Positions 19,750 to 29,798 of a DNA stretch of 64,000 bases are shown in pieces. Position numbers and translations under genes: made by a program. Location: the NCBI GenBank assembly GCA_045633005.1, contig JAZQXT010000075.1:20441-84440 (forward strand). The letters run 5' to 3'. Position 1 is the stretch's first letter; the number at the start of each line of letters is the position of its first letter. The DNA comes from Eubacteriales bacterium (lineage in GTDB: Bacteria > Bacillota > Clostridia > Oscillospirales > CAG-272). Under the pieces are notes generated by a model. The model searched no databases. It worked only from the letters and a program-made list of their open reading frames with translations, and had not been told where the DNA came from.

Positions 19750-21669
19750 ATGCTACCCGTATATTCAACTGAGATCGCCAAAAACGGCGTAAGAATAAAA
19801 AAACAGTATGATAGGAAAGCCGCCGACGCGCTCGGCGCTTTCCCCTGCGGAGCAAAGGTCGTATTCACAGCAGAAGTGCCGAGATCTCTCGGCACTTGTG
19901 CTGTTGTTATGCGTATTGCCCGCGATAACGGCGCGCACGGCGAGGAATCGGTCGATCCCTCCTACCGTGACCTTCCCTTTGAATTCACTTCCACTGATTG
20001 GATCTACGATATATATACCCTTACCATAGACACGGCACTTCTCTGCGGCGGCGACGGCTCGGGGCTTTTTTATTACGAGTACCTTTTCCTTCGCGGCGAC
20101 GATACGCTGTTCTCGGATACATACGATAATCTTAATTTCAACCTTTCCGCAAAGGAGGGGCGCTTTTTCCGCCTCCTCGTTTACGAAAAGGGCTTCAAAA
20201 CTCCCGCGTGGCTTGGCGGCGGCGTGATGTATCAGATATTCCCCGACCGCTTTTGTCGCGGAAAGGGAAAAACAAAGTACGCTCCCGACGCAGAGTGCGT
20301 TAAAAAATGGAACGGAACGGAGGTTCAGCACGCGCACTTCAGAGGCGAGGCTGTAAAGAATAATCAGTTCTTTGGCGGAAACCTTTGGGGAATTATCGAA
20401 AAACTTCCGTATCTTGCATCTCTTGGCGTAAGCGTGATCTATCTCAATCCCATTTTTGCGGCAAAGAGCAATCATAAATACGATACCGCCGATTATATGA
20501 AGGTCGACGACGGCTTTGGCGGCGAGGCGGCTTTTAAAAAGCTCGTTGATGCGGCTCACGCCGCGGGTATCAAGGTAGTGCTTGACGGCGTTTTCAACCA
20601 CACGGGCGACGAGAGCATCTATTTCGACGCGGCAAAAAGCGGTGACGAAAAGTACCGCGATTGGTATTATTTCCACGATGACGGCGGCTATGAGTCTTGG
20701 TGGGGCATCAGTATTCTGCCAAAGCTCAGGCTTTCTGATCCCGAGTGCCGCGAATATTTCACGGGTAAGGGCGGAGTGATTGAAAAATATCTGCTCGCAG
20801 GTGCTGACGGCTGGCGTCTTGACGTGGCGGACGAGCTTCCCGATGAATTTTTGTTTGATCTGCGCGAGCGCGCGCACTCGGTAAACAAGGATGCGGTCGT
20901 TATCGGCGAGGTCTGGGAAAACGCCGCCGATAAGATAGCGTATAGCAAGCGCCGTCCGTATTTCAGGGGAAAACAGCTTGACAGCGTAATGAACTACCCC
21001 TTGCGCGTGGCGCTTATCGACTACGCGACGAACCGCAACAGCGCACAGCTTGCCAACACTCTTACGGAGCTTTACGCATCGTATCCGCCGCAGGTCTCGA
21101 ACGTTCTTATGAACATCATCGGAACGCACGATACGGAGCGCATACTTTCTCTGCTCGGCGACCGCGCGGCTGTCGAGGTAGCAAGACACGAGCAGGATAA
21201 CGAAAAGCTTGCCGCAATGCGTTTGTCCGAGGAGGGCAGAGCGTGGGGCAAAAAAATGCTTTTGCTCGCTTCCGCTATCCAATACACCGTTTTCGGCTTC
21301 CCCTGCGTTTACTACGGCGACGAGCTTGGGATGGAGGGTATGGGCGATCCCTTCTGCCGCAGACCTATGGCGTGGGACTTTGGTGACGGTGAACTTCTTG
21401 CCCACTATCAAAGGCTTGGCGATATGCGCAAAAATGAAAGCATTTTCGACGGCGGAGATTTCCGCGTAACTCGCGCAGAGGGCGGATATTTTGAGTTTGT
21501 TCGCACCAAGGGCAAGAGCTGTATTAAAGTTGCGGCAAATCTCTCGTACGACGCGCAGACTTGCAAAATGGACGGCGCGTGGACGGATATTTATAAGCAA
21601 AAGCGCGGCAAGGGCGATCTTACGCTTGGCGTGGGCGAGTTCTGCGTGCTTAAATACAGAGGTCAGTAA
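19750..21669 (+). CDS. GH13 alpha-amylase-family enzyme (neopullulanase/cyclomaltodextrinase-like), no signal peptide
   Basis: The four GH13 conserved regions are visible: VLDGVFNHTGDES, DGWRLDVADELP, VIGEVWEN, NIIGTHDTERI. No N-terminal hydrophobic signal, so it is probably cytoplasmic. It is the last enzyme gene of the glg operon. Confidence 0.85.
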   Translation: MLPVYSTEIAKNGVRIKKQYDRKAADALGAFPCGAKVVFTAEVPRSLGTCAVVMRIARDNGAHGEESVDPSYRDLPFEFTSTDWIYDIYTLTIDTALLCGGDGSGLFYYEYLFLRGDDTLFSDTYDNLNFNLSAKEGRFFRLLVYEKGFKTPAWLGGGVMYQIFPDRFCRGKGKTKYAPDAECVKKWNGTEVQHAHFRGEAVKNNQFFGGNLWGIIEKLPYLASLGVSVIYLNPIFAAKSNHKYDTADYMKVDDGFGGEAAFKKLVDAAHAAGIKVVLDGVFNHTGDESIYFDAAKSGDEKYRDWYYFHDDGGYESWWGISILPKLRLSDPECREYFTGKGGVIEKYLLAGADGWRLDVADELPDEFLFDLRERAHSVNKDAVVIGEVWENAADKIAYSKRRPYFRGKQLDSVMNYPLRVALIDYATNRNSAQLANTLTELYASYPPQVSNVLMNIIGTHDTERILSLLGDRAAVEVARHEQDNEKLAAMRLSEEGRAWGKKMLLLASAIQYTVFGFPCVYYGDELGMEGMGDPFCRRPMAWDFGDGELLAHYQRLGDMRKNESIFDGGDFRVTRAEGGYFEFVRTKGKSCIKVAANLSYDAQTCKMDGAWTDIYKQKRGKGDLTLGVGEFCVLKYRGQ

Positions 21670-22004
21670 TGGGAATACTTGATATATTCAAAAAGAAAAA
21701 AGACCCGTCGAATAAAAAATACCGCCTTGAAATGGCACAGCGTATTGCGGGGCAGGCGATAAAATACGTCACCGAGCGCCGCGATAACGTGGAGGAGGTC
21801 ATCGGTAAGGGCGGTTGTATGAGCCTTCACGACGGGGAATTTATCGTATTTTCGTCGTCAGAGACCGTTTTTCGCTGTAAGGCGGAGGAGCTTGAGGCAT
21901 GGGAGCTTCTTTCAAAGGACGGAGTCGTCTTGACGGGCCCCGATATCGAGCACGGCGGCGAGGTTCGCACCATCATTGCCTTCTACGTTTATTATAGAAA
22001 ATAA
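21669..22004 (+). CDS. Hypothetical protein (111 aa)
   Basis: Its ATG overlaps the GH13 stop by 1 nt (TAATG), which suggests translational coupling. No family recognised. Confidence 0.5.
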   Translation: MGILDIFKKKKDPSNKKYRLEMAQRIAGQAIKYVTERRDNVEEVIGKGGCMSLHDGEFIVFSSSETVFRCKAEELEAWELLSKDGVVLTGPDIEHGGEVRTIIAFYVYYRK

Positions 22005-22046
22005 AAATTCTTCGTTGCTCTTGACGGAGAATTTCCAAGCACAAAA

Positions 22047-22079
22047 AATCGGCAGAGAGATTGTTTTCTCTGCCGATTT
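22047..22079 (+). terminator. Terminator of the glg operon (after the 21669 ORF)
   Basis: AATCGGCAGAGA-(8 nt)-TCTCTGCCGATT followed by TG-interrupted Ts. Confidence 0.6.
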
Positions 22080-22089
22080 GTGTTATAAT
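22061..22089 (+). promoter_or_regulatory. Extended -10 promoter (TTGTTT-17-TGtTATAAT) for the 22130 ORF
   Basis: -10 at 22084-22089 with TG at 22081-22082. The -35 is weak. Confidence 0.45.
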
Positions 22090-22129
22090 GAAATCAAACT
22101 CGTGACAAATAAGAATAAAGAGGTACTGT

Positions 22130-22645
22130 ATGGGTAAAATTCTCGGATCGTGGAGCGGAATGAGAAAATATCTTGAGCAGGATATGTTGGCAGAATCCTT
22201 GCAAGGGAGAATTCGATATGGCTGTACCACGTACGTTGGAATGGACGGTTGCCGATTTTTTGAGATTTGCATTGACAAACGGCAAGTAAAGCGTTTTTCG
22301 TGGGAAACCGTGAATACTTACTTTATTGAAAACGGATGTACGAAAAATCCTTCCCCAAGCGGAAAAAGTGAATATTGGGCGGAGTTTTGGACTTTGCTGG
22401 ATAAATATTCCATAGATCAGCGAACGGAATATACCGACGACGAGTTCTGCGGAGCATTGGAGGAATATCGTAATCAGGACATTCAAGACAGCATCTATTC
22501 CAATAATCCGTTAGTAAGAATGTTTGCGATATTGGATAGACGAATCGGCAAAAGAACTCTCCAAAATTTAAAAGATAGCGTCCAAGACCAGCCTGAATGG
22601 TTGCGCCAATTCTATCTTTTAAGATTAAACGCGGAAAATATTTAA
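22130..22645 (+). CDS. Hypothetical protein (171 aa) in a low-GC patch
   Basis: AAAGAGG RBS. Extended -10 promoter at 22061-22089. Flanked by terminators at 22047-22079 and 22666-22697. Noticeably lower GC by eye than its neighbours. No family assigned with confidence. Confidence 0.55.
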   Translation: MGKILGSWSGMRKYLEQDMLAESLQGRIRYGCTTYVGMDGCRFFEICIDKRQVKRFSWETVNTYFIENGCTKNPSPSGKSEYWAEFWTLLDKYSIDQRTEYTDDEFCGALEEYRNQDIQDSIYSNNPLVRMFAILDRRIGKRTLQNLKDSVQDQPEWLRQFYLLRLNAENI

Positions 22646-22665
22646 CATCCAAATATGAAAACGAT

Positions 22666-22697
22666 ACCCTGACAGACTGCTAAAGATCTGTCAGGGT
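22666..22697. terminator. Hairpin between convergent genes (22130 ORF / ferredoxin-like gene)
   Basis: ACCCTGACAGA-(10 nt)-TCTGTCAGGGT, an 11-bp perfect stem. The T-runs are weak. Confidence 0.5.
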
Positions 22698-22733
22698 AAA
22701 TTATTTGGCTATTGCTTATCGAAAGCGTTATTT

Positions 22734-23549
22734 TTATTTTCTGAGTTTTCGCTTTATTTCCTGCGGGACCTTCGGCTCGGCAAATTTTTTGTCAAGATAT
22801 TTGACAAGCAAGGGCGAGACCTTCATGCTTCTTGCACCCTCGGGGCAGAATTTCACACAGGCGTTGCAACGGATGCAACGGCTCTTGTCCACGGCGGGAC
22901 TTCCCGAAATGATAGCTCCTGCGGGGCATACGTCGTAGCAAGCGTCGCAGTAGCGACATTTCGAAGCGTCAAACGTGGGGGCAGAGACAGCCATATTCAT
23001 TATAGCCCTTGTGGGAACGAGCCTTGACATTCCCGCCAATATCGGCGCGGGCGGTATCTCGCCCACGGGATCGCGCGCGGCGGTGATAAGGAACTCACCT
23101 ATAAGCGCGAGATTGTCGGGAAGCTCCTGCTTTACGTTTGCGTAGTCGGCAAGAGAATGCTCAAGCGGACACGTCATAACGCGGAAAAGCGGAGTTTCGC
23201 ACACGTCAAAAAGCTCAGCAGCCTCGGAGGCGGCGGCGCCGACTCCGCACGAGCCGTAGCCAAGTATCAACGCCGAGCGCGGAGCAAACAGCTGCGCCGA
23301 GGTAAAAAAGTCAACTACGGGGCGGGGAAGATGAAAGGCGTAAACGGGTAGGATGGCAAGCAGGAGATCTGCGTGAAGCTCAAGCGTCGTAGCCGCTTCT
23401 CTGTCGTCGGGGTGGGTTATGTCAAGCACGTCGGCAGAATATCCCGCGCGGCGATAGAGTATCGTTGCCGCATCCGCAAGATCGGCACAGCCACCGCCGG
23501 GCGAAAAGGTTATTATGAGTATTCTTTTTTTATTCTTTTTGATATCCAT
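22734..23549 (-). CDS. Flavodoxin-like / 2x[4Fe-4S] ferredoxin-domain protein (recalled as EFR1-type ferredoxin)
   Basis: N-terminal flavodoxin-like ILIITFSPGGG. C-terminal CRYCDACYDVCP and CIRCNACVKFCP ferredoxin motifs. It lies 22 nt downstream of asd on the same strand. Confidence 0.7.
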   Translation of the reverse strand: MDIKKNKKRILIITFSPGGGCADLADAATILYRRAGYSADVLDITHPDDREAATTLELHADLLLAILPVYAFHLPRPVVDFFTSAQLFAPRSALILGYGSCGVGAAASEAAELFDVCETPLFRVMTCPLEHSLADYANVKQELPDNLALIGEFLITAARDPVGEIPPAPILAGMSRLVPTRAIMNMAVSAPTFDASKCRYCDACYDVCPAGAIISGSPAVDKSRCIRCNACVKFCPEGARSMKVSPLLVKYLDKKFAEPKVPQEIKRKLRK

Positions 23550-23571
23550 TTTTCAGCTTGCCCGACTGATA

Positions 23572-24648
23572 TCAGTCAAAGTATCCGAGACGGTAAAGAA
23601 GCTCTGCGTTAAGGACGGATCCGCCGGCAGCACCGCGAAGGGTGTTGTGGGAAAGTCCTACGAACTTGTAATCAAAGAGGGTGTCGGGGCGCAGTCTGCC
23701 TGCGGTGATACCCATACCGCCGTAGATCTCGCGGTCTACGCGGCACTGAGGACGGTTATCCTCCTCAAAATAGGTGATGAACTGCTTGGGAGCGGAGGGA
23801 AGCTCAAGCTCCTGAGGAAGTCCCTTGAACTCAGCCCAACGCTGAAGGATCTCTTCCTTGGAGGGAGTTCTCTCAAAGCTCATAAATACAGCGGCGGTGT
23901 GACCGTTGGTAACGGGAACGCGGATGCACTGGGTAGTGATAATGGGAGCGTCAGCCTTAACGATAACGCCGTTTTCTACCTTACCCCAAACGCGCAGGGG
24001 CTCCTGCTCGCTCTTTTCTTCCTCGCCACCGATGTAGGGGATGACGTTGTCTATCATCTCAGGCCACTCGTTGAAGGTCTTACCTGCGCCCGAAATTGCC
24101 TGATAGGTAGTAGCTACCACCTGCTTGATGCCAAACTCACGAAGGGGAGTGAGCATGGGAACGTAGGACTGAATGGAGCAGTTGGGCTTTACCGCGATAA
24201 ATCCGCGGGAGGTGCCAAGACGCTTCTTCTGTGCCGCGATTACCTCGAAGTGAGAGGGGTTGATCTCGGGAACTACCATGGGAACGTCGGGAGTCCAACG
24301 GTTTGCGCTGTTGTTGGAAACAACGGGAAGCTCGCACTTTGCGAACGCCTCCTCCATAGCAACTACGTCAGCCTTGGGCATATCAACTGCGCAAAGAACG
24401 AAATCGCAAAGCTCTGCGATCTTCTTGGCGTCAGAAGCGTCAAGAACGGTCATGGATGCGAACTTCTCGGGCATGGGAATATCGAGCTTCCAGCGTGCGC
24501 CGACAGCCTCAGCGTAGGTCTTGCCTGCGGAGCGTGCAGATGCGGCAAGGCAGGAAACCTCGAAGTAGGGGTGGTTATCAAGCAGTGTCAGAAAACGCTG
24601 ACCGACCATACCGGTAGCGCCGACAACACAACATTTTTTCTTGTTCAT
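23572..24648 (-). CDS. asd: Aspartate-semialdehyde dehydrogenase
   Basis: NAD(P) loop VVGATGMVGQRF. Active-site region AVKPNCSIQSY. C-terminal GLSHNTLRGAAGGSVLNAELL. Confidence 0.92.
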   Translation of the reverse strand: MNKKKCCVVGATGMVGQRFLTLLDNHPYFEVSCLAASARSAGKTYAEAVGARWKLDIPMPEKFASMTVLDASDAKKIAELCDFVLCAVDMPKADVVAMEEAFAKCELPVVSNNSANRWTPDVPMVVPEINPSHFEVIAAQKKRLGTSRGFIAVKPNCSIQSYVPMLTPLREFGIKQVVATTYQAISGAGKTFNEWPEMIDNVIPYIGGEEEKSEQEPLRVWGKVENGVIVKADAPIITTQCIRVPVTNGHTAAVFMSFERTPSKEEILQRWAEFKGLPQELELPSAPKQFITYFEEDNRPQCRVDREIYGGMGITAGRLRPDTLFDYKFVGLSHNTLRGAAGGSVLNAELLYRLGYFD

Positions 24649-24736
24649 GGTACTAAAACCTCAACTTTCAAATAGATAAGTATATAATATCACAAAACGC
24701 GCAAAAAAGCAACACTAATTTGCATTTTTTGACGAT

Positions 24737-25594
24737 TTATTCGGATTTCATTTTAAGAGATTCGGCGTAAACCTCGTTTTTGGGTATTCCGCGCTCCTTT
24801 GCGACCGCTTTTACCGCATCTTTCATAGCAACGCCGCCTGCAATATAGGCTTCAAGATGCTCTCTGATGCTCATTTGCGCCACGGCGGAGTCGGCGTTTT
24901 CGGGCGCACCCTCAAGCACCAGCACGTACTCGCCGCGCGGCTCTTTTTCTTTATAATATTCCACCGCCTCCGAAAGCGTCATTCTGAGCGCTTCCTCGTT
25001 GAGCTTCGTAAGCTCGCGGCAAAGTGCTATCTTGCGCTCTCCGCCGCAAGCGGCAAGCAGGTCGTCAAGCGTCTTGCGAAGCTTGTGCGGCGCTTCGTAT
25101 ATTATCTGCGTGCGCTCCTCGGACGCTATCACCTCAAGCCTTTCGCGGCGCTCCTTCGCGCCCACGGGAATGAAGCCTTCAAAGCAAAATCTGCGCGTGG
25201 AGAGAGCGGAGAGAGTGAGCGCCGTTATAGCGGCGCACGCGCCCGGAATGGAGGAAACGGGAATACCGCGCTCGGCGCACAGACGCACAAGGTCCTCCCC
25301 CGGATCGGATATGGCGGGAGTTCCCGCGTCGCTTATAAGGGCGCAGGACTCGCCCGCCTCAAGGCGGTCTGCTATCTCAGGTCCGCGCGATGCCTTGTTA
25401 TGCTCGTGGTATGATACAAGGGGGCGGCGAATGCCGAGTCGGGAGAGGAAAAGTCCCGAATTTCGGGTGTCCTCCGCGGCGATAAAATCCACCTCGGACA
25501 GCACCTTTATACCTCGCTCGGATATGTCGGATAGGTTTCCTATGGGCGTGGCTACAAGATAAAGTCTGCCGCCTTCAACTTTGTTTTTTTCCAT
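24737..25594 (-). CDS. rsmI: 16S rRNA (cytidine1402-2'-O)-methyltransferase
   Basis: GRLYLVATPIGNLSDISERGIKVLSEVDFIAAEDTR and SDAGTPAISDPG. AAAAGGAG RBS precedes the ATG at 25594. The ORF-track start at 25741 runs into the divergent amidase gene. Confidence 0.9.
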   Translation of the reverse strand: MEKNKVEGGRLYLVATPIGNLSDISERGIKVLSEVDFIAAEDTRNSGLFLSRLGIRRPLVSYHEHNKASRGPEIADRLEAGESCALISDAGTPAISDPGEDLVRLCAERGIPVSSIPGACAAITALTLSALSTRRFCFEGFIPVGAKERRERLEVIASEERTQIIYEAPHKLRKTLDDLLAACGGERKIALCRELTKLNEEALRMTLSEAVEYYKEKEPRGEYVLVLEGAPENADSAVAQMSIREHLEAYIAGGVAMKDAVKAVAKERGIPKNEVYAESLKMKSE

Positions 25595-25657
25595 TTTGGC
25601 ACTCCTTTTCGGTTGCTTGAATAAGATAATAGGGAAGTAAAAGAAAGGTTTTGTGAT

Positions 25658-26221
25658 ATGGCTATAAAGGTATACATCGATCAGGGACATAACCCCGTGA
25701 ACCCCAACGCGGGGGCGGAGGGAAACGGTCTGCGCGAGCAAAATCTCGTATACGAGATAGGAAGGGAGCTTGCAAGCTTACTGCGCGCAAACGGTAATTT
25801 TGAGGTCAGATTATCGCGCCCGACACCTCAAACACAGCTCGGAAACAGTACCTCGTCAAGCCTTAAAATAAGGGTGAACGAGGCGAATTCATGGGGCGCG
25901 GATTATTTCATAAGTCTGCATACCAACGCCTCCACCTCCCCCGCGGCAAACGGTAGCGAGGCTCTCGTTTATTCCTCGCCGTCGCGCTCAGCAAGTCTTG
26001 CCGAGGATATACTTGAGGGATTAACCGAGGCAACGGGGCTTCGCAATCGCGGAGTCAAGGTAAGGAGCGGACTTTACGTGCTTCGAAAAACGCAAATGCC
26101 CGCGGTGCTCGTGGAGCTTGCATTCATCTCAAACCCCGAGGAAGCCGCGCTTATGCGTGACCGCCCCGAGCTGTTTGCAAGGGGAATATACGACGGTATA
26201 GTGGAATATACGGGCGTTTAA
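25658..26221 (+). CDS. N-acetylmuramoyl-L-alanine amidase (Amidase_3 catalytic domain only, no signal peptide)
   Basis: IDQGHNP...AEGNGLREQNL..., ADYFISLHTNA, MPAVLVELAFISNPEE (Zn-ligand His/Glu contexts of the MurNAc-LAA family). Confidence 0.85.
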   Translation: MAIKVYIDQGHNPVNPNAGAEGNGLREQNLVYEIGRELASLLRANGNFEVRLSRPTPQTQLGNSTSSSLKIRVNEANSWGADYFISLHTNASTSPAANGSEALVYSSPSRSASLAEDILEGLTEATGLRNRGVKVRSGLYVLRKTQMPAVLVELAFISNPEEAALMRDRPELFARGIYDGIVEYTGV

Positions 26222-26371
26222 ATAAAAAACTTGTGCAAAACACATTAGATGAAAAAGTGTGTTTTTTATAGATATTCATCTAATTGAGTAGATGGATATA
26301 TTAAAAAACGCCGTTTTCGTTAGATTGTAATCTAATAAAATTAAGTTATTTGCGGATTTTGGCATTACTGA

Positions 26372-26403
26372 TCGCCTATCGGATACCGAGGCATCCGATA
26401 GGC
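26372..26403. terminator. Hairpin between the convergent amidase and ligA genes
   Basis: CGCCTATCGGAT-(8 nt)-ATCCGATAGGCG, a 12-bp perfect stem followed on the + strand by TAATTTTAATTT. Confidence 0.55.
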
Positions 26404-26414
26404 GTAATTTTAAT

Positions 26415-28460
<2,046 letters not shown>

Positions 28461-28617
28461 TTAAACATACATAAATATATTATACCACTTTTGGCGAATA
28501 AAGTCAAACAAAAAGCGTATTTTGCCCCCGAAAATGGATAGATGTCGAAACGAATCCGACTTTTTGGCAATATTGCACAAACTTCACAAAAAAATCGAAA
28601 AAAATATAAAAAACCTA

Positions 28618-28646
28618 TTTATTTTTCACAAAAAGTGTGCTACAAT
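28618..28646 (+). promoter_or_regulatory. Extended -10 promoter (TGcTACAAT) for hpf
   Basis: -10 at 28641-28646 with TG at 28638-28639. Weak -35 TTTATT. 5'-UTR hairpin GTAATACA...TGTATTAC at 28653-28676. Confidence 0.45.
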
Positions 28647-28700
28647 ATAAGTGTAATACAAGGCATATTGTATTACAGTTCAAGACAGGAGGACACATAA

Positions 28701-29231
28701 ATGAAAATTACAGTTGTTGGCAGACAGATGAGCATCCGCGACGATCTTCGTGAGCTCGCTGAAAAGAAGCTCTCAAAGCTTGACCGTTATTTTGACGGCG
28801 AGGGCAAGGCAACGGTAACCTTCAGCTGCAAGAGAAACCGTGAGAATATAGAGATCACGATATCTGCGGCAAATACTCTGTTCCGCTGTGAAACCGACGG
28901 AGATAGCTTCCGCACCGCTATCGACCGTGCGGTGGAGACCATCGACCGTCAGATACGCAAAAACAAGACGCGCCTTGAAAAGCGCCTTAAGAGGTCGGCG
29001 TTTGAGGATATCGGTGCTTCTCCCGCCGAGGCAGTAGAGGTGGACGACGGAGATTTCGAGATCCGCCGCAAGAGCTTCCCGTTCAAGCCCATGTCGCCCG
29101 AGGAAGCTATCTTACAGATGAATCTTTTGGGGCATTCCTTCTTCGTCTTTATCGACGACGTAACGGAGGACACCTGCGTAGTCTATTCCCGCAAGGACGG
29201 CAACTACGGACTTATAGTTCCAGAAAAATAA
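28701..29231 (+). CDS. hpf: Ribosome hibernation-promoting factor (long HPF)
   Basis: S30AE N-terminal domain (MKITVVGRQMSIRDDLRELAEKKLSKLDRYF) and the C-terminal dimerisation domain (RRKSFPFKPMSPEEAILQMNLLGHSFFVFID...VVYSRKDGNYGLI). Confidence 0.92.
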   Translation: MKITVVGRQMSIRDDLRELAEKKLSKLDRYFDGEGKATVTFSCKRNRENIEITISAANTLFRCETDGDSFRTAIDRAVETIDRQIRKNKTRLEKRLKRSAFEDIGASPAEAVEVDDGDFEIRRKSFPFKPMSPEEAILQMNLLGHSFFVFIDDVTEDTCVVYSRKDGNYGLIVPEK

Positions 29232-29242
29232 TAACCAATCCA

Positions 29243-29272
29243 AAAGGGCAGCCGCAAGGCTGCCCTTTTTTG
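29243..29272 (+). terminator. Intrinsic terminator after hpf
   Basis: AAAAGGGCAGCC-gcaa-GGCTGCCCTTTT followed by TT. Confidence 0.8.
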
Positions 29273-29286
29273 TAGGTAAAAAATAT

Positions 29287-29664
29287 TTACGAATAGTCTT
29301 TTTTGTTCCCCGCAAGCGGTTCGTATTTCGCAAGAATCGCTTTCATTTCGGGCGTGTCCTTCACCGCTTCGTAAACTCCCCACGAGCGCAGATGATCTAT
29401 TTGTCGCTTGACTGCGTTTGCTTCCGAGGACGAGTTGGTCTGTGTCATATCAAAAACCTTTCCTTTGACGAGGAAAGAAGTGTGTACGGTAGTTTTGGGA
29501 AGCGAATCGTAAGCCTTGGCATGCTCAAATCCCAATTTGTAATTTTTAAATGCTTTGTCAAGCTCATCTACCATCACATATCGGTTTGCTATCCAAAAAT
29601 ACAGTTCGCTCAACTTTTGGTTGTAAAAGCCGTAATCTCCGTCGTCGAAGATCGTCTTGATCAA
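29287..29664 (-). CDS. Hypothetical 125-aa ORF, possibly the 3' remnant of a longer (TPR-like) gene
   Basis: It begins at a TTG with no Shine-Dalgarno sequence. It starts about 45 nt after the terminator of the upstream gene. It reads like a helical-repeat C-terminal domain. Coding status is uncertain. Confidence 0.35.
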   Translation of the reverse strand: MIKTIFDDGDYGFYNQKLSELYFWIANRYVMVDELDKAFKNYKLGFEHAKAYDSLPKTTVHTSFLVKGKVFDMTQTNSSSEANAVKRQIDHLRSWGVYEAVKDTPEMKAILAKYEPLAGNKKDYS

Positions 29665-29708
29665 GCAACACGATTTAACTGTGGGTTGAATTTTTTAATT
29701 ATAGTGCA

Positions 29709-29748
29709 AAAACGGCATAACCGCGAGGGGTTATGCCGTTTTGTTTTT
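29709..29748 (-). terminator. Intrinsic terminator after the carboxypeptidase gene (stem usable in both directions)
   Basis: AAAACGGCATAACC-(6 nt)-GGTTATGCCGTTTT, a 14-bp stem with U-runs on both strands. Confidence 0.75.
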
Positions 29749-29798
29749 AAGTTGGGTGTTGGTATGTTGGTTTGTCGTGTGAATCAAGGATGCTCGTT

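Noticed and set aside
24649-24736. Lysine or other amino-acid riboswitch upstream of asd. I also looked for a T-box upstream of alaS.
   Set aside because: The asd upstream region is only ~88 nt and shows no L-box-like structure. The alaS leader lies beyond the window end and cannot be assessed.
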